Part shown: positions 9,974 through 20,892 of the stretch, piece by piece
Layout: every line of letters starts with the position of its first letter
Position numbering within the stretch: position 1 is the stretch's first letter
Translations under genes and position numbers: made by a program
Notes under the pieces: generated by a model
The model's input: only the letters and a program-made list of their open reading frames with translations
Database searches by the model: none
Told to the model about the DNA's origin: nothing
Source of the DNA: Trueperaceae bacterium
GTDB taxonomy: Bacteria > Deinococcota > Deinococci > Deinococcales > Trueperaceae
Assembly: GCA_965213925.1 (NCBI GenBank)
Contig: OZ243927.1
Coordinates: forward strand, 224,001 to 288,000
Direction of reading: 5' to 3'
DNA length: 64,000 nucleotides

Positions 9974-10251
9974 ATTAGGGAACTCCTCTGTCCTTACTTT
10001 AGGGCAGCATAGCGGATTCACTCGCCGCCTCTGTAGGAGAAAGTCTGACGGGGCGTGTCGGAATGTCGCTGATGATGGCGTCGATGACGCCCTTTCATAA
10101 GCCGTCGTCCTCGGCCAGGGCGAGGTCCCAGGTAAAGCGGCTGCCCAGCTCGAGGCCGTCTAAAATGAGGTCGCCCGGTTTATTTTTGCTTTGGTTCATT
10201 TCTGTTAGGCGAGCGCAAGTTTATACAAGACGGTACGCGTGACTAAATTTT

Positions 10252-10554
10252 ATGCTCGAGACGAATCTGAGACAGAGGAGGATCGCTATCTGCCCCTCCG
10301 AAGGTACCGTGACCCTAGAGCTGACCCCCGGCTTGTCCTTCGCTCGTACGAACCTCTACCTCTCGACAGACGCGAGCGATCCTTTAGCGGCGACGCTCGA
10401 AGCGGTCACGCTCGCCCCCGGCTTAGAGGACATCACGGTAGGTCGCGACGACAACGCCTTCTCCGCCGTCGAGCGCATCTTCGTCTTCACAAACGGTCCG
10501 ACTGGCGGAGACAATCCGCACCGCCAGGGCTTAAATAGCGCGATAGCCGTTTGA
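10252..10554 (+). CDS. Hypothetical protein or gene remnant
   Basis: ORF only; lies among short gene-like fragments downstream of tRNA-Leu. Confidence 0.3.
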   Translation: MLETNLRQRRIAICPSEGTVTLELTPGLSFARTNLYLSTDASDPLAATLEAVTLAPGLEDITVGRDDNAFSAVERIFVFTNGPTGGDNPHRQGLNSAIAV

Positions 10555-10949
10555 TTGAAGAGTTTCAGATTTTAGGCTTCGTCGAGCAGGGCTGGATCAC
10601 GGGTCCGGGCGGCGAGCCTTACGGGTCGGTCGGGATTATCGTGAATCGCCCGATCGTCTTCCGCTTCAAGGCTGTTAGCCATTAACTTTTAGCCACTTCG
10701 CTTGCGCCGCATCTTAAAGTTTCGCCTCTTCAGCACGAATACTAAACTAACGGTTTGAGCCCTCCTTTTCGTCTTCGCTTCTGCTAGACTACTTAAGAGG
10801 GCTCCTTCTGTCAGCGCAATGAAGTTTAGAATTTGTGTCTTGCTCTCTTTAGCATTTGCAGGTTTCCTTGACACACCTGTCAAGGAAACCCAAGCGGATG
10901 CGAGTACCAATAGACCAGTGTGTCAATGACTGATGCAAATGCTGCTTAA

Positions 10950-11034
10950 TGCCGAGAAGGGGACTTGAACCCCTACCTCCTCAACGGAGACTAGCCCCTC
11001 AAGCTAGCGCGTCTACCTATTCCGCCACCTCGGC
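10950..11034 (-). tRNA. tRNA-Leu(GAG)
   Basis: Reverse complement GCCGAGGTGGCGGAATAGGTAGACGCG-CTAGC-TTGAGGG-GCTAG-long variable arm-AGGGGTTCAAGTCCCCT-TCTCGGCA; CCA not encoded. Confidence 0.95.
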
Positions 11035-11327
11035 TTGTTTGCGCACTACAAAGCGCAAAAGCGATAATACTTGCTTTTGCAAGGGCGTGTCAAGCGCGAA
11101 GAGGTCGGATACCCTAAACGTTGCAGGTCTCAAAATCTTTAGAGTCTCAGTCGCTTCTCAAACCTCTTAAAGCGTTCGCTAAAAACGTGGTTTCGACAGA
11201 CGACGCTAAATTGCGACTCAAGACGCTCATGTAATCAGGAATGGTCGCCCGCAGCCGCGATTGAACTCGCCGCAAAAATATGCTAAATTAACGGGCGTCA
11301 CAAAATTCTTGGGAAGGTAACCTTTTT

Positions 11328-12152
11328 ATGACCTCTGTGAGTTATGTAAGGAGCGGTTTGTGGGTCCTTATGGGTACGCTGCTTCTGAGCGGGTGCGGGC
11401 TGCTGCGCCCTTTTGTCGGCAGCCGTTCGGCGTCTTTAGAAATTGCGGGCGACAGCCCGACGCTGGTTGTCGCCCAAGCGAGTGAGAGCGGTTTTGCCGC
11501 GATTGCTGCTTCAGACATCTCGAGCACCTTCGTTGAGAGCATCCCGCAGCCCATTGGCGAGAGCGTTTTTGTCGAGACAGAAAACCGCGACCGGGCCCCC
11601 AGAGGTCTCAAGCCCGTCCGCTTTCAAGAGACGGTCGGTTTCGCGCCCGACGCGACGGTTGCACTTAACCCCGACGCGGTAACGGCGGGCCTGACAACGG
11701 ACGCGCTGCCCGAGCAGCTCATCCTCACCGACGTCACCCTCGTCATCGCTACCTTCGACGGTGCTTACGACGGTCTCGCCTCGCTGCCACCCATCACCGC
11801 ACCTGAAAGTTTCTTTCTGCTTTCGTCCTATAGCAGCGACTTCGAGACGCCGCTCACCCTCGAGAAAGGCACCTGCGAGGACGCGACCTGTACGTACAGC
11901 TTTAGCGACCCTGAGGCGGCGGCTCGCGCGGTCGAGGTGCGTGTAGATAACACTGAACGTGAGGTCGAGGTGGAGGGCGAAACCCTCGTCATCGAGCCCT
12001 TTAATAGCCTTTACGAAATCCGTACGGGCGGTGACGAGACGAATACCAGTAACGTTAACGTGGTGATAAGCGGAGCTGGGCTTGGTGAAGCGTTGGTGGG
12101 CGCAGCCGTCACTTTTGAATTCGTCACGAGCGACGGTAAGACGGTGTTGTAG
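11328..12152 (+). CDS. Putative lipoprotein
   Basis: Lipobox LLLSGC after a hydrophobic leader; acidic mature part. Confidence 0.7.
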   Translation: MTSVSYVRSGLWVLMGTLLLSGCGLLRPFVGSRSASLEIAGDSPTLVVAQASESGFAAIAASDISSTFVESIPQPIGESVFVETENRDRAPRGLKPVRFQETVGFAPDATVALNPDAVTAGLTTDALPEQLILTDVTLVIATFDGAYDGLASLPPITAPESFFLLSSYSSDFETPLTLEKGTCEDATCTYSFSDPEAAARAVEVRVDNTEREVEVEGETLVIEPFNSLYEIRTGGDETNTSNVNVVISGAGLGEALVGAAVTFEFVTSDGKTVL

Positions 12153-12170
12153 TTAAGCGTCACTAGAGGT

Positions 12171-12213
12171 AAAGCAGCTCGAGGCTTTATAGACGGGTCT
12201 CGAGCTGCTTTTT
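12171..12213. terminator. Bidirectional intrinsic terminator
   Basis: aaagcagctcgag ... ctcgagctgctttt between convergent genes. Confidence 0.75.
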
Positions 12214-12232
12214 CACGCCTCGGCTTACAGTA

Positions 12233-13621
12233 CTATTCCACGCCCGCTTTTTCCAACTCCTCGCGCGTCTCGTCGAACTCCTCGCGACCCATCAGCGCGT
12301 AGGTGTACTTTTTGCCAAGTTCGACGCCGGGCTGGTTGTAGGTGTTGACGAAGGTGAGTTCGCCCATCAAGGCCGTTTGCCACTCCAAAAACTGCAGGAG
12401 CATCCCTAGGTGATGCGCGTCGAGCTTGTCTAGCGTGAGCGTGTAGTTGGGCCGTCCGTGGTCCAAAATCGCGTGGGCGGTGGCGGCTTGCTCCGCGTTG
12501 ATAAGTTTGTTGAAGGTCTTCTCCGCTAGGTAGGCTAGCTCGTCGAGCTCGGGCTCCGCGTCGGGGATCGTCTCGGTCTGGTCGAAGGTTCCGACGCGCA
12601 CGAACGTGAAGAGCTTGTTGTTTGGACCCTCGTTAAAAAGCTGAACCTGCGAGTGCTGGTCGGTCGCCCCTAGCGCCGCTAGGGGCGTGCTGCCCTCATG
12701 AACCAAGCTGCCGTTGCGGTCCTCGGACTTGCCCAAAGACTCCGCCCAGAGCTGCACGAACCAGTCTGAGAGGTAGCGTAAGCGGGTGCTGTAGGGCATC
12801 AAGACGCTGATGGGCTTGCCGCGGCGATACGCCAAGTATTGGATGATAGCGGCTTGCTTGATAGGGTTGTCGGCAATCGGCTTCGACACCATCTCGTTCG
12901 CTTCAGCGGCACCTTGTAAAAGTCCGCGCACGTCGAGACCGGCTAGCGCAATGGGTAAAAGCCCTACCGCTGAAAGGACGCTAAAGCGTCCACCAACCGA
13001 GGGAGGTACGACGAACGTCGTGTAGCCTTCACGTTCGGCGAGAGGGCGCAAGATGCCTGTCTCGGGGTCAGTGGTGGCGATGATCTGATTTTTGTAGGCG
13101 TCACCCACGCCCTCTTTGAGCCACGCCTTAAACGCCAAATACGCCGCCATCGTCTCCGCGGTTGTGCCCGACTTGCTGATGACGTTGACGAGTGTGGTTA
13201 CAGGGTTTAAGACCTCTAAGAGCCCATGCACCGCGTCCGGGTCTACGTTGTCGACAAAGTGGACGCGCAGCCCGTCGCCGTTCTCCTGCATGTTCCGGTA
13301 AGGATGCTGGAGCGCGTTGATCACCGTGATGCCGCCCAAGCTCGAGCCTCCGATCCCCAACACCGCCAGGTCCGTATACTTCGTATCGACGTTCTCGGCG
13401 TACTCTAAAATCCGCTCGACTTCTCCGGAGGTCGATTCAGGGCCGCCACTGGGCAGGTCGATCCAGCCGAGCATCTCGTCCGGGTTGTCCTTTTTGCCCA
13501 CGAGATTGTTGACGAAATTATCTACTGTCTCGCTCCACGCGCCGAATTCGCGCTCTAAGTCCAAGCCGTGCGTGTCCCCTAAGCGTTCGCTGCTTACGTT
13601 TTTGGTGTCTATTTTTATCAT
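12233..13621 (-). CDS. pgi: Glucose-6-phosphate isomerase
   Basis: GIGGSSLG, SKSGTTAET, GGRFSVLS, QLWAESLGK, TDQHS and NQPGVELGK. Confidence 0.95.
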   Translation of the reverse strand: MIKIDTKNVSSERLGDTHGLDLEREFGAWSETVDNFVNNLVGKKDNPDEMLGWIDLPSGGPESTSGEVERILEYAENVDTKYTDLAVLGIGGSSLGGITVINALQHPYRNMQENGDGLRVHFVDNVDPDAVHGLLEVLNPVTTLVNVISKSGTTAETMAAYLAFKAWLKEGVGDAYKNQIIATTDPETGILRPLAEREGYTTFVVPPSVGGRFSVLSAVGLLPIALAGLDVRGLLQGAAEANEMVSKPIADNPIKQAAIIQYLAYRRGKPISVLMPYSTRLRYLSDWFVQLWAESLGKSEDRNGSLVHEGSTPLAALGATDQHSQVQLFNEGPNNKLFTFVRVGTFDQTETIPDAEPELDELAYLAEKTFNKLINAEQAATAHAILDHGRPNYTLTLDKLDAHHLGMLLQFLEWQTALMGELTFVNTYNQPGVELGKKYTYALMGREEFDETREELEKAGVE

Positions 13622-14125
13622 GAAGGCACTCTACTACAAACCCTTCGAGGGGGTGTTGTCTCGAGTTTGACGAACCGCCAAGCTCAAAGCTGTGTGCCTC
13701 GTAGCTGTTGGGCGAATATCCCCAATCCCACTCATTGAAAATTACCTCCCCAATTTCGTCAGGCGACCGGCGCATGACATCTTTGGTTTCGAATTCGTTT
13801 AACGCTGTTAGAAGCTCCGAAGTGGGTTCTTTCATAAACGCTTGATTGAGATAAGCTGCTGAGAGAGGTTGAAGCTCGGTGATCTGCGCAGACTGCTCTG
13901 CTAACTGCGGCACATCAACTTCCAGACCGACCTCGTTAAGACGAGCCCCTACGTCGCCCGGCGTGTCCGCGCGTGCCTGTCGGCGGCCCTCACCCAAACG
14001 GTGCAGTGGCGGCTCTTAGCTCACCCTCTATACGCGCTTCTACGCTCTGGCGCTCGGCTGTGGGCTGCGCCGCGTTGAGCGAGCCATAACCCATTAGACC
14101 ACACCTAGTAATGGAAAGCCCAATA

Positions 14126-14162
14126 GATAGAGACCCCACTCAAAAGTGAGTGGGGTCTCTAT
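14126..14162. terminator. Strong hairpin downstream of the tRNA-Arg fragment
   Basis: atagagaccccactca-aaag-tgagtggggtctctat, 16-bp stem. Confidence 0.65.
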
Positions 14163-14189
14163 GGACCGTCTCTGACGTTCTTTTCGTAA

Positions 14190-14231
14190 TGCGCCCGAGA
14201 AGATTCGAACTCCTGGCCTTCTGATCCGTAG
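14190..14231 (-). mobile_element. Displaced 3' half of tRNA-Arg(ACG); att site of an integrative element
   Basis: Reverse complement CTACGGA-TCAGA-AGGCC-AGGAGTTCGAATCTTCT-CGGGCGC-A; similarity stops at the 5' edge of the anticodon loop and no D arm or 5' acceptor strand follows. Confidence 0.85.
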
Positions 14232-14504
14232 TTACTCGCAGGCTGTGATTAGGTTCAGTAAGGGCTTTGAAATTTGCGTCCGAGAGGCATGTCCTGTCCG
14301 TGCGCCTCTTAAAGTCTCCACAAGTTTACCAAGCTTGCGGGGGGAGCGCGGGGGGAAACTGATCGCCGGCTGCCCGACGCTAGCCGTGTACCGGCAGACC
14401 TGCCGGGCTGAGCGACCGTGCTCCCAAAGTGCGGCCGACTTCTCACCAAACGCATACCTCCCGCAGGACGGCATTGAGCGGCCACACCTGGCCGCCGTGC
14501 CCCG

Positions 14505-15230
14505 TTAGGCGAAATGCCTGCCCTCGAGCCTGTAGCGGGGGTGGGCGGCGATGCTCCTGTGGTCCGCCTCCCCGAAGGCCAGCGCGTCCCCGCCCGGGTC
14601 CCCGGCCGTCACCCGCCGCCGGTGCTCGCTGAGCGCGACGTATGCCCGGAGGCCGCGCAGGATTTCGCGCCTGACTCCCTTCTCTTTGAGAGTGAGCGCC
14701 CCGCCCTGCGGCCGCTTGTAGTTGCGGCGCGGCAGTGCCAGCCGGTCGAGCGTCGTGGCGGGGCAGGCCTCGACCACCACGCGCGACGCCGTGGGCAGGC
14801 ACCGATATCGGAAGGGCAGGACGGCGGTGCCCGGCGTCCGCAGGAGCGGGGCCAGCACGTCGCGCATGCCGAAGAAGGTCTGGTAGATGACCCGGTAGTG
14901 GTAGGGGTCGTGGGGCGCCCTGTGCTCCAGGTCGGTCAGCCGCCGCAGGTGCTTGCGCCCGAAGCCCTCCTCGGACCTGCGCACCAGCTCGAGCCCCAAA
15001 CCGTAGGCGTCGTCGCCCCACCCTTCTACCAGCTCGAGCTGCTCGCCCCACGCCCCGGCGACCTCCAGCGGGAAGCCGAAGGGGAAGCCCAGCCCCCAGA
15101 GGCAGCCGCCGGAGAAGGCGATCATGCCGGTGAGGTACCCGAGGGCCGGGGCGCGCTCCGCCGAGCCGCACAGCCTCCGGAGCGGCCTCAACATCGTCAA
15201 GGCGAATGGCGGCCCTCCCCCCGAGGAGGG
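14505..15230 (-). pseudogene. DUF429-like protein fragment
   Basis: WGLGFPFGFP, RRLTD and VVVEACPA motifs; lacks a normal N-terminus and is joined in frame to a serine hydrolase remnant. Confidence 0.5.
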
Positions 15231-15234
15231 CTCG

Positions 15235-15965
15235 AGCCTAGACGTGCGCAGCGCCCGCGCGAGCGACCAGAGCCCAGCAGCAGCGGGTACATCTTCGTCG
15301 TTGACGATAACCGCGATGTAAACGTCGTCTTCGACTAGATACGCGACGACTGCATTGAATCCGACGATGCCACCACTATGCTCGAGCATGAGCCCCGGAC
15401 CTGCCTCTTCGCCGGGCGTGTCGGTCAGTTGAACGCCGCGTCCATAGTACGTCTGGGTGCCGAGCGGGGCTGGAATCAGCGGCTGCATTGGGTACATCTG
15501 CGCGAACGCGGCGTGGACGACATCTACAGGCAGCACCTCACCCGCGAGGAGCGCGTGCCAAAAGGTGACGAGGTCTTCGGCTGTCGAGGCGAGCGCCCCG
15601 GCAGTGTAGGGGGTTGCGTAATCGAGAGGTGTGTCGAGCAGCGTGTCACTAGGTACGCCGCTAGCGTGTCCCGTCACGACGGTGGGCAGTTCAATGCCTG
15701 GCTCCCGCATACGGGTGTGTTCCAACGCGAGCGGGCCCAAGATGCGTTCGGCAAGCACCTCGCGAAAGGGCTCTGCCCCTCGACACGCTCCACGATGCGC
15801 CCAAGCATGACGTAGCCGGTGTTGGAGTACGACCAGTAGGTGCCGGGACAGAAGAGGGGCGCGTAGTCAGCAGCGGTATATATGAGCGCTTCAGGTGTAC
15901 GGTAGCCTAAGCCGAGGCTGCGCCCGTCCGGAAGTGCATTGAAGCTGACCAGACCGCTCGTGTGC
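15235..15965 (-). pseudogene. Serine hydrolase (beta-lactamase/AmpC-like) C-terminal fragment, frameshifted
   Basis: HTSG, PGTYWSYSNTGY, AGALASTAEDL and HSGGIVGF split over two frames; SxxK N-terminus missing. Confidence 0.7.
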
Positions 15966-16442
15966 TCGACTCCGCGTCCGAATACTCCACCGGACGCTGT
16001 CCAAAGGACGCGCCGCTGCCCCGCGCGTCCACTAGCACGAGCGCGTATTCCTGGTTGTTCCAGAAAGAAGCTTCGCTCAGGTTGGGAACCGTCTCTTTGT
16101 CTAAAGCGGTGAGCAAACGCTGGAGCGGACCTAGCGCATGAGCACGCCAATAGCGGGTCGTTTTGATGAGCGCAGGTATTCGCTCATCAGCTTGCAAGTC
16201 GGCGGGCAGCCACACGTCGGCGGCGAGCCGCGTTCCGCCCCACACCGTGAGATAGTGCGAGCTGTTGCGCGTGTAACCAGCGGGAACGCGCTCGCTGCCC
16301 CGCAACGGTCGGGTCGTCAAATAGAGGGCGGCGAGCGCCGCGCCGAGGACGCCTACCCCGCACATCCCCAAACCGATGAGGCGCACGCGCTTTCGCCTCG
16401 AGCCCGAGTCACGTCTTGACTTGATATTTCGAATCACCTTCA
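15965..16442 (-). pseudogene. CocE/NonD family hydrolase, N-terminal fragment
   Basis: GTRLAADVWLP, PALIKTTRY and YALVLVDARGSGASFG, then abrupt junction to the serine hydrolase. Confidence 0.7.
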
Positions 16443-16487
16443 TCCTTTCGTCTGCCCCTAATAAGCATTCGGGTAGAGTAAGGTGAG

Positions 16488-17148
16488 ATGCAAGCGCCTC
16501 CCTCACCCGAGCACGTTCATGTCGTCGCGGACGAAGCTGCTGCGCAGGTCCTTCTCGGTGCCGAAGCGCGGCGCTGGTTCGCCCCTTTTTTAGCGCGAAC
16601 CTCTTCGGTGAGCGCCGCCGCCAAGCTGTTAGGGGAGAAGCCGAACTCGGTGCTCTACCGCGTTAAGCGGTGGCGCGAACTCGGTCTACTCGAGGTGCAG
16701 CGTGAAGAAGCGCGTAGAGGGCGCACGCTCAAGCTCTACCGCTCAGTCGCGGACGCCTTTTTCGTTCCTCACGGGGTAAGTTCAAGTGAGACCTTGGTCG
16801 AACTACTGCACCACACCAACGCGCCTTATCTCGACACGCTTTACCGCGGTCTCGTGAGCGCTGCGCGCACGTTGTCGCCCGACTGGGGCGTTCAGGTGTT
16901 TCGCTCGGGCACAGAGGTGAAGATAGGTGCAGCTTTCAGCGCCAGGCAAAGTTTACGACCCGTGGGACAGCCGGAGTCCCGCTGCGCTCGAGCAGTTCAC
17001 TCACCTTCAGCTCGACTTCGAGGACGCAAAAGCGTTTCAGCTCGAGCTTCTCGCTCTTTTGGAGAAGTATGGACAAAAGCGAGGTGCTCAGCGCTATTTA
17101 AGCTACTTAGCGCTGGCACCGCTGGAGCGATCAAATGAGGCGGTATAG
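16488..17148 (+). pseudogene. ArsR-like winged-helix regulator, frameshifted near 16945
   Basis: SVSAAAKLLG...YRVKRWRELGLL...KLYRSVADAFFVP; C-terminus LQLDFEDAKAFQLELLALLEKY is in another frame. Confidence 0.6.
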
Positions 17149-17296
17149 GTGTGCTGTTTGGCTGTTGGTGTGATTCGCTTCTGCGTGAGACGCACGCGTC
17201 TGGGGCACAGTGGCTCCTCGTCGCGCGACGACCGCCCGCAATAGGGCTGCGCGTGTGCCTCCGCCTCACTCTTCTCGCGGTGTCCGAAGCTGGCGG

Positions 17297-18448
17297 CTAG
17301 TTCGACCTTCTTACAAGACTTCCGCTCGGGGTCCGCAGGAGCGCCTCGCCCACCTCCTCGCAGCAACCGCTCTTACCGCTCACCTTAGCTCGGTACATCG
17401 CCCGGTCCGCTTTGACTAGCAGACCCTCGGCGCTTGTCCCGTCCTGTGGGTAGAGGCTCACGCCGACGCTCGCCGTGACGCTCGCGACGACCCCAGGAAG
17501 TTCGAAGGGATCGGTGAGCGCCTTTAAGATCTCCCGGGCTACCTCCCCCGCGTCCTCTTTGTGCCTCAAACCGGGCAGCACCACCGCGAACTCGTCACCG
17601 CCCAAACGCGCGAGCGTGTCCTCCCGTCTCACGCAGTTCTTTAGACGCGCCGCCACCGCCACCAAGAGTGCGTCGCCCGCGTGGTGCCCCCAGCGGTCGT
17701 TGATCGCCTTGAAGTCGTTCAGGTCGATGAACAACACGCCTATGGGACCGCTCGAGTGCCCCAGGGCGCGCTCGAGCGTCTCGTTCAGGTGCCGACGGTT
17801 GGGCAGCTCGGTCAGCGCGTCTATATAGGCGTAGCGCGCCAGGGACTCCGCCCGGAGCCGCTCCTCAGCCTGCCGCTCGAGAAAGGTGGCGAAGGCGTAG
17901 AGCCCGGCGAGGTAGGCGAGGCTAGCGAGGTAGAAGTCGCCTAACAGATAGCGCCCGCCGAAGAGCGCGTCCTCAGGTGGGTAGAGGAGAAAGTACGGGA
18001 GGCTCAGGAGCAGGGTGCTCAGGTAGAACGCAAACGAGGCGGCGAGACCGCGGCGCTTGCCCAGCGCCAGGAATGACCAGAGGTAGATGAGCGGTCCCCA
18101 AAGTCTGAAGATGTTTATGAACTCCTCTCTTACCCCCACTTCACCTGACACGTAGAGCGTGTGCGTTAGGATAAGCGCGTAACCGAGCGTTATGGCGAGG
18201 GTGACGCCGCGCTCGACCGTCCTGAGGCTAGGGGGGTGATACCAGAGCCGCGCCGTGAAGCCCGCTAGGGTGAGGAGCAGGAGCGGTGACAGCACCCGGT
18301 CGAAGAAGTAACCCTCGGTAAAGAGCAGGAGGCTCGTAAGCCCCGCGAGCACGAGCACGCTGAGCAGAACCAGATAGAAGCGGCACTTGAGAAGCTCGCC
18401 CGGGGAGAGAGAAGTGCCTGCGGGGACACGGAGGGAAGGAAAAGCCAT
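17297..18448 (-). CDS. Membrane-bound diguanylate cyclase (GGDEF)
   Basis: TM helices then DALTELPNRR, DLNDFKAIND, ARLGGDEF and ADRAMYRAK. Confidence 0.9.
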   Translation of the reverse strand: MAFPSLRVPAGTSLSPGELLKCRFYLVLLSVLVLAGLTSLLLFTEGYFFDRVLSPLLLLTLAGFTARLWYHPPSLRTVERGVTLAITLGYALILTHTLYVSGEVGVREEFINIFRLWGPLIYLWSFLALGKRRGLAASFAFYLSTLLLSLPYFLLYPPEDALFGGRYLLGDFYLASLAYLAGLYAFATFLERQAEERLRAESLARYAYIDALTELPNRRHLNETLERALGHSSGPIGVLFIDLNDFKAINDRWGHHAGDALLVAVAARLKNCVRREDTLARLGGDEFAVVLPGLRHKEDAGEVAREILKALTDPFELPGVVASVTASVGVSLYPQDGTSAEGLLVKADRAMYRAKVSGKSGCCEEVGEALLRTPSGSLVRRSN

Positions 18449-18868
18449 GCATCAGCCTAGACGACGCGCTATGACAAGACTCTTACACCGGGTTCGGCTT
18501 AGCACGACGCTCTAAGTCGGGGAGCCCAGCATACGTACCGGGCGCGTCGGATGGAGAACAGGCGCTGAGATCGAAGCGAGCGGACTCTCTACGAACCGCG
18601 TTCTACCGTACGGATACACGTCAAGTGGATGTGTGCTGTGCGACAAACGCATGCTGTTAGTTGCAGAAGGGTGTGCACTTTATGGTCTATCCATAAGTTC
18701 GGATGTCAGCCAAGGCTGAAGTGCGACGCTACCGCACATGGCGCTCCCCCGCGGGCCTGACTACGCTCGAGGCGAAGACGTGAGGGCGGCTGAGTAGGCT
18801 CAGCTGTCAGTCGAACGTGTGTTTGTGCGGAAAGGTTATCTGAGTCACCGAAGGACTAGGATAGGCCT

Positions 18869-20686
18869 ATGAAAAGACCATCCGCAGACGTATGGCGAGA
18901 AGCGAAGGACCTCCTATGGCGCTACCGGCGAGGCCTAGGTATCGGCTTCGCCCTGATGATCGTGAACCGTCTGGCAGGCTTCGTCCTGCCCGGCAGTTCA
19001 AAGTTCCTGATCGACAACGTGATCGGCCAGGGGCAGGCGGGGCTTCTTCTGCCTCTGGTGCTCGCAGTAGGTGCGGCGACCGTGATCCAAGCGGTGACGA
19101 CCTTCTCGCTCTCACAGGTGGTGAGCGTGGCGGCGCAGGGCGCAATCATGGAGATGCGCCGCCGCGTACAGGAGCAGGTTACCCGGCTGCCCGTCCGCTT
19201 CTTCGACGACACTCCGTCGGGCGTTCTCATCTCGCGCATCATGACGGACGCCGAGGGGGTCCGCAACCTCATCGGCACGGGTATCATCCAGCTCGTGGGG
19301 GGCGTTCTAACCGCAACCCTGGCGCTCGGCGTGCTCTTCTATCTCAACTGGCTCCTCACCGCGGCCATCCTCGTCTTCTTGCTGCTCTTCGGTGGAGCGA
19401 TGGCACTGGCTTTCTCGCGTCTGCGCCCCATTTTCCGCGAGCGCGGGCAGATCAATGCGGAGGTCACAGGTAGGCTAGCTGAGACCCTGGGCGGCATCCG
19501 CGTGGTCAAGGCCTACCGGATGGAGGCGCGCGAGCAGCGGGTCTTCGGCGAGGGGGTGGCGCGGCTCTTCGCCAACGTCAAACGCTCGATCACCGGCACC
19601 TCGGCCGTCACCGCCTTCGCGACCGTGATCGTCGGCGCGGTCGGCGTGCTGATGATCCTCTTCGGCGGGCGGGCCATCCTCTCAGGCGCGATGACGCTGG
19701 GTGACCTGGTGATGTACGCAGCCTTCGTCGGCATCCTGGCCGCGCCCGTCGTCCAGATCGCCGCCATCGGCACCCAGGTGAGCGAGGCGTTCGCGGGGCT
19801 CGACCGCATCCGCGAGCTTATGAGCATGAGCACCGAGGAGGACGAGGACGAGGGGCGTGAGCCGCTGCCTCGGGTGGAGGGGGAGGTAGTCTTCGAGGAC
19901 GTCCGCTTCGCCTACGACCCGGGCGTGCCCGTCCTCAAAGGGGTCTCGTTGCGCGCGCCCGCCGGAACGACCACCGCGCTGGTGGGCTCCTCGGGCTCAG
20001 GCAAGAGCACCCTGGTGAGCCTCATCATGGCCTTTAACCGCCCCGACGAGGGGCGTGTCACCGTGGACGGGCGCGACCTCGCCCGCGTCAAGCTGGGTGA
20101 CTACCGCACGCAGCTGGGCGTGGTGCTGCAAGAAAATTTCCTCTTCGGCGGCACGGTGGCCGACAACATCCGCTTCGCCCGCCCCGACGCGACCCCGGAG
20201 GAGGTCGAGACGGCGAGCCGCCTCGCCAACGCCGACGTGTTCATCCGTGCCTTTCCGGACGGTTACGACACGGTCGTCGGCGAGCGCGGCGTGAAGCTCT
20301 CGGGCGGGCAGCGGCAGCGCGTCGCCATCGCCCGGGCGCTCCTGGCCGACCCACGAATCCTGATCCTGGACGAGGCGACGAGCAGCTTAGACAGCGAGAG
20401 CGAGGCGCTCATCCAAGAGGGGCTGCAGCAGCTCAAGCAGGGCCGCACCTCGTTTGTAATCGCGCATAGGCTCTCCACGATCCGCAGCGCCGACCAGATC
20501 CTGGTATTGGAAGCCGGCGAGGTCATCGAGCGGGGCACCCATGCGGAACTTTACGCCAAGAACGGGCGCTACCGCGAGCTACACGAGCGGCAGAACGCCT
20601 GGGAGGGGAACGCCTTCGTCAACCCCGGCGAGGACTACTTGCCAGCAGTCGGAACCCGAGCTAAACCTTCTAGCTCGCCGCGCTGA
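18869..20686 (+). CDS. ABC exporter, fused permease/ATPase (MsbA-like)
   Basis: TMD plus GSSGSGKST, LSGGQRQR, ILDEATS and IAHRLST. Confidence 0.92.
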   Translation: MKRPSADVWREAKDLLWRYRRGLGIGFALMIVNRLAGFVLPGSSKFLIDNVIGQGQAGLLLPLVLAVGAATVIQAVTTFSLSQVVSVAAQGAIMEMRRRVQEQVTRLPVRFFDDTPSGVLISRIMTDAEGVRNLIGTGIIQLVGGVLTATLALGVLFYLNWLLTAAILVFLLLFGGAMALAFSRLRPIFRERGQINAEVTGRLAETLGGIRVVKAYRMEAREQRVFGEGVARLFANVKRSITGTSAVTAFATVIVGAVGVLMILFGGRAILSGAMTLGDLVMYAAFVGILAAPVVQIAAIGTQVSEAFAGLDRIRELMSMSTEEDEDEGREPLPRVEGEVVFEDVRFAYDPGVPVLKGVSLRAPAGTTTALVGSSGSGKSTLVSLIMAFNRPDEGRVTVDGRDLARVKLGDYRTQLGVVLQENFLFGGTVADNIRFARPDATPEEVETASRLANADVFIRAFPDGYDTVVGERGVKLSGGQRQRVAIARALLADPRILILDEATSSLDSESEALIQEGLQQLKQGRTSFVIAHRLSTIRSADQILVLEAGEVIERGTHAELYAKNGRYRELHERQNAWEGNAFVNPGEDYLPAVGTRAKPSSSPR

Positions 20687-20892
20687 GGCGGTTGTGGTTT
20701 GCGTAAGCAAGACGACCTTTATGCAACTAACGCGTGCGTCTCGCGCAGAAGCCCTCACACATCTGCCACTTGGTCAGCTGTAGGACAGCGAGGCGAGCAA
20801 AGTAGCATTGAATAAGCGCGCAGTGCTACATTGCGGTATTAGAATTGCACACGTTCTAACTCTGGGTCGATAGCCTCATAAGGGAGCGCATC

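Noticed and set aside
13518..13997. 159-aa ORF overlapping the pgi start
   Set aside because: No recognisable domain or clean start; at most a gene remnant
14505..15758. 417-aa ORF as a novel serine hydrolase-DUF429 fusion protein
   Set aside because: Both parts are truncated and lie in a decayed island; best explained as an accidental in-frame junction
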